DNA of 63,960 nucleotides, filler included, from Chlamydiia bacterium (GTDB lineage Bacteria; Chlamydiota; Chlamydiia; Chlamydiales; FEN-1388), in NCBI GenBank assembly GCA_903848235.1. It is 9 parts of 9 records of this genome, joined end to end, with 100 filler letters (N's around TTAATTAATTAA, not from the genome) between each part and the next. Parts side by side here need not be neighbours in the genome. Positions count along the whole stretch, not along the records: positions 57,746 to 60,216 come from CAINFV010000227.1; positions 60,317 to 63,960 come from CAINFV010000229.1; 7 more parts are not named here. One strand, given 5' to 3'. This document shows positions 59,653 through 63,960 of the stretch, one piece after another. The first letter of the stretch is position 1; every line of letters begins with the position of its first letter. The notes beneath the pieces were generated by a model. It was not told where the DNA came from and made no database searches. It was given only the letters and a program-made list of their open reading frames with translations. The position numbers and the translations under genes were made by a program.

Positions 59653-60216
59653 GTGGAAGCGTTCCTACACGAAAGACATGTGCGATTTTATGGTCTACAA
59701 CCGGTGGCATGGGTTGACAAGTCGTCGGACTTGAAGCTGACAAGGAAGTTTAGCCATCCCCCAGACATTAAAAGAGTGCTGAACCAAACCCTCTTAGTGT
59801 CAGCTTGTGACTCTTTGTTCAGGAATCCAGAAAACTTTGTGCCTGGTTCGCTCCATTTTTGCACAGAATATTGGGGAGAGATTCTAAAAGGACATCCAGA
59901 TAAGGAAGAGATGTTGTTATGGATAAGGGAAGGTGTAAGATTAGAGCCATTTTTGAACCAATACACATGCGAGCGTTTTGAAGGGAAATGGGTGCATGGT
60001 AAATACCCACCAAATTACCACCAAAAGAACAATGTTCCGCATTGCTTTAACAAGTGGGTCACAGAGGAATTAAGCAAATGGGAGAAAAGTGGAGTAATCA
60101 TCAGAGAAACAGACAAGTTACGAGCAAAAGTTGTACTCCCTTTAACAATCGAGCCAACAAAACCAAGGTTAATTCACGACACGCGCTATATTAACTTGTT
60201 TTGCAGAGATAAACCC
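59653..60216 (+). mobile_element. DIRS-like (tyrosine-recombinase retrotransposon) reverse transcriptase, N-terminal part, cut by contig end
   Basis: F.PGSL...W..IL...LLWIREGV...G.I......VVLPLTIEPTKPRLIHDTRYIN, downstream of a CCHC gag. Confidence 0.72.
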
Positions 60217-60697
60217 NNNNNNNNNNNNNNNNNNNNNNNNNNNNNNNNNNNNNNNNNNNNTTAATTAATTAANNNNNNNNNNNNNNNNNNNNNNNNNNNN
60301 NNNNNNNNNNNNNNNNAGTCTTCGTTACAAAATCAAGCTCATAATTTCAAATGGAAACTTCTAGACGCCGGCGTTCCCATTGAATTCTATTGTAGGAGCC
60401 AGTTTAGAAGAAAAGTTTATGTTTATGTTATGTTTATGTATCGCACAAAAGTAACAACAATGGAAAGGAGGAGCTCGGCCGGTTTTGCCATTAAAGCTTT
60501 TCACCAACCGAACCCTCAGTGAAGTGGGGAATACGTCATATGATAGGTCCAACATGCACACATATTTCACTTTACACAACGAATAAACTAGATTATTCTA
60601 GAAACTGAAGTCGCCGAGGAGTTGATAAGAAGTTTCCACTGGTGGAAGAAATCCATCGATGGGAAAGTCAAAGGTGTGTAGTATAAGAAAAAAGCCT

Positions 60698-63600
60698 TCA
60701 TCGTTTTTGCTTGCACGCAGTTAGAAAAGTGTCGAGAGCTTGAAGATTCTTCCTGTCTTTGCTTAAGAGTATTTCCATTGTATTACGAGGGAAGAAGTCA
60801 AGTGTTAGGAATAGAATTGTACGTTGATGTTGGAAGGTTTCACAGACGAAAACTCTGTGAAAGATTGATTCTGTCTGAGACGCCTGGCAGTGCAGGCAGT
60901 GGGGGCTGGGCGCGAGAGATCGTTGGAAAAGGTAATTCCTCAAAGGGTAGAAGCCTGAGGCTAGCTTGCGAACTTGTAGGAGTCCCTTCGATGCTGATAA
61001 AAAATGTCGTAGTGCATTCGAAGTCGGAAAGAGAAATTGCAGCCAATGAGAGTGGGATTCAGAGTTCCATCTATGATCTGTGATTGTTTTGACAGCCTTG
61101 TCAATTAGGTCATGGAGGTGATGCTTAGGGATTTTCGGAAAGAGGGAGATTGGTTGAAGGAGACCAAGTTTAGCTGCTCTGTCAGCCAGTTCGTTGCCTG
61201 TGTGTCCTTTGTGGGCTGGCACATAAGTGAAAGTTACTGCAAATGCCAGCTTCTGAATTTTGGAGTAAATTCGATGAATATTTGTGTCTTTGGTTATCCA
61301 AGGCTTGATGAGATTTTTAAGCGTGGCCTGATTATCTATGTAGAAGTGGGCTTTGGAGAAAGGTTTTGACACGTGGAGACTAGATAGAAGTGAGAGAGCA
61401 AGAGGTATTACTTCGGATTCACCGTTGTAGACGGAAGCATAGGACGGAAGACCAAAGCTTTTCGTGACGATGGGTGTTGATAAGTCGTTCCCATTGAAAA
61501 TGACAAGCCCACTGCCTACTTTCTCTCCTTCTTTTGAGCCGTCAGTGCAGATGAGAAGGTCTGTTGGGGCCACTTTCCGGAAGTCGTCAAAGTGCAGCGA
61601 GACATTAAGTGGGGGTCTATTAGAGGGATGGAAAAGAAGGGGCCCAAATTTGTATCTGGGAGAGAGGAGTCTGAGAAGTTCCCAGTTTATCCCGAAGGAG
61701 CTGCATGCGTCTTTAAGACTTTTAGCAGTGGGTCCTGTGTGGTCAAAGATGTGTGATGAGAGATTTGGGGAGAGATGATGAGAGATATTTATTAGTCGGG
61801 TGACAGCTTGCTTTTTGAGGAAAAGGTCAGGGGGGGGATGTCTGCTGCTGTTAAGAGGTAGTCAGTGGGGGTGTCCCTGGTGCAGTGAGTTAATAGAGTG
61901 GCTGAAAGTCTGAGTATTGTTTTGATTTTGAGGAGAGCAGATTTATGGAGAGTTAGCCAGGTGGGTGCAGCGTAAAAAAGTTTAGGCAGAATGGCTCCGA
62001 TAAAGATCTGTGCGAATTGTTTGGCTGGGATTTTCCAGTACCGTCTGGCTGCTGACTTTAGCGAGAAGAGTATCTTTTTGATTTTATTTGCTACGTTTGT
62101 TGTATGAGGGATGAAAGTCATGGTCTCGTCGAAAGTGACCCCTAGGATTTTCAAGGATGAAACACCATTGATAATTCCTATATGGGTTTCACAGGTGAGT
62201 AGACTTGTGTTATTGTGAAGGCTTCTGATCCCCAGGACTTCAGATTTGTTAGGAGCGAAAATAGCCTTGTTGTTTGAAGCCCATGAGTGAAGTGTGTTGG
62301 AGATGTGGATGAGTTTGTTCTTCGCAATTTGGGGATTGGTGAATCTATAGTTGAAGGAGATTAATACATCGTCAGCCCACGCTGAGATGCGAAGATCTGG
62401 GTGAGCACGTGAAAGTTGATGGAGAATAGGATCAAGGAAAATGTTCCATAGAAAAGGAGAAAGGACAGCTCCTTGCGGTGTGGAAAGAGTGAGCAATTTC
62501 TTTGCATGACCGCCTCCAAAGGAGATTTGTATAGTACGGTTGGAAAGATAGCTGGCGACTAGGTGTATGTATATTGCTGGCAGACCCTTGTCGATAAGGT
62601 TTTTTAGAATTGCAGGATGCCAGGCCCTGTCAAAAGCAGATTGAATGTCTAGCTTCAGGAGAGCTGTAGCATCACCAACGATTCTGTCTTTTTCAAGTTG
62701 TATTTTGAGGGCTAGAAGGGCTTTGTCAGTGCTGTAATTTTTTCTGAAGCCAAACTGTTTTTCATGGAACCAGGGAGTAGAAGTGAGTTCGTGGTGCAGG
62801 AAGCGATCGAGTAGAATTTTCTCAAACCCTTTCCCCAGAACTGATAGGAGTGTTATTGGTCTTTGTGATTTATGGCTGGTTTTGTCCGGATAATCAGATT
62901 TGGGGATGGTGAGAAGAGTCCCTTCCTTCCAGGCATTCGGGAAGTATGAGGTATTTAGGCACGACTGGAAAAGAGAGGTTAGAAGAGGACCTAGGGTATC
63001 TATTCCCCATTGGATTAAGGCTGCAAAAATTTTGTCAGGTCCAGGGCTACTGAAAGGGGACATACTCAAGAAAGCTGTTTTAACTTCATGAATTGTGATA
63101 GCAGGTGTGGCGTCTTTGGGAGAGGGGTGTCTCAGGAAGTCATTGACAAAGCTCTTTGTGTGTTTGTGATGCTGAGTTTCTTGGTTGGGGTTATCATCGG
63201 GGAAGAAACGATTTAATAGCGTATCTGCATTTAGGTTAGGGTCCAGGACAATGGGATTGCCTTGTTCATCAGAGAGTGTTATGTTTCCATTGTTTGGGTT
63301 GCGTTTTTTGCCCAAGAATTTATATAGGTCCCAGGGGTTGCTGAAGTTTTCTGCTTTGCTTTTGAAGAAATTGAGTTTAGCTTTCCTGATTGCACGTGTG
63401 AAGATGGTTCTAGCATTGAGAAATTCGTGCTTGGTGGCCAGAGATTTAATTCTAGCGTGTCTTCTGCGGGAGGTTTTTAGGTTTTGCTGGAGGGTTTCAA
63501 GATCAGAGGTCCACCAGGATTTTGAGATGGTTGGGTGTTTGAGCGAACATGACTCTGTGGCTGTAGAAAAAATCGAAGCTGAGAGATCTTGTATCGCGAG

Positions 63601-63960
63601 GTCAATGTCATGAGTTGAGTTTAACTGAAAGTTGTTCCATCTTGACTGTATCTGTGGAAGTGCATTTGCCAACCGAGTTTTGAAAAGATCTTTGTCGAGC
63701 TTCCTGAAATCATAACTGGTGGGATGGGCGCTTGGAAGCGTGGGCACAGATAGAGAGAATTTAATCGGTCTGTGATCAAGACCCTCAAGAAAAGTGATGG
63801 GTAGGAGTTGCCAGTTTGAAATTTTATCTGATAGTGAGGAGGAAACAAAAGTGGCGTCGATGTGGGAGGTGCCTCGAGAGGTAACGCAGGTCGGTTCATG
63901 GTCAGGAGGGTTGATACAGGAGAGATCATTTTGGAGCAGAAAACCTTCAAAGATTTCAGA
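60698..63960 (-). mobile_element. Non-LTR (LINE) retrotransposon ORF2: APE endonuclease end, RT, RNase H and terminal zinc finger; frameshift near 61830
   Basis: SHIDATF...DHRPI, SPGPD, RPITLL...K.FEK, QFGFR, LDIQSAFD, TPQGAVLSP, WADD, ILGVTFD; then TDGSK...VPAHKG..GNELAD and CLHC....ESIFH..FVC. Confidence 0.92.

Noticed and set aside
389..63613. Numerous short ORFs overlapping or antisense to well-supported genes
   Set aside because: Shadow ORFs with no motifs or RBS support.
61792..63960. RT as a bacterial retron, group II intron, DGR or defence RT
   Set aside because: The APE endonuclease, RNase H and terminal zinc finger layout is diagnostic of a eukaryotic LINE, and the contig has no bacterial genes.

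Overview
The window is not one contiguous locus. It is nine assembly contigs joined by artificial 100-nt spacers (N44-TTAATTAATTAA-N44): 1-9660, 9761-14306, 14407-24003, 24104-30603, 30704-34376, 34477-43547, 43648-57645, 57746-60216 and 60317-63960. Contigs 1-7 look like an environmental Chlamydiota genome, based on the murC-ddl fusion in a chlamydia-type dcw cluster, sctN-sctO-sctP, rnhC, a stand-alone nqrA, pdhABC and T2SS pseudopilins. Among the housekeeping genes are several orphan, effector-like proteins with eukaryote-type motifs: an F-box protein, a 1.4-kaa protein ending in an OTU-like deubiquitinase, a 1.35-kaa helical-repeat protein with an NLS-like motif and a DUF1609-like tail, an exported protein with a plant IQM-like C-terminus, a DUF3638/DUF3645 giant, a permuted-papain-like secreted protein and a signal-peptide choline kinase. 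The most striking non-coding signal is three apparent families of long palindromic (MITE/RPE-like) elements of about 105-160 bp. They sit at most contig breaks, bracket the two giant effector genes and contribute sequence to gene 3' ends. An ISNCY-like IS appears twice, in opposite orientations, next to the same 27-bp flank. Contigs 8-9 are eukaryotic retroelements, probably host or co-binned DNA: a DIRS-like element with an apparent spliceosomal intron in its gag-like gene, and a LINE with APE-RT-RNase H. All family assignments come from motif recognition by eye; no searches were run.
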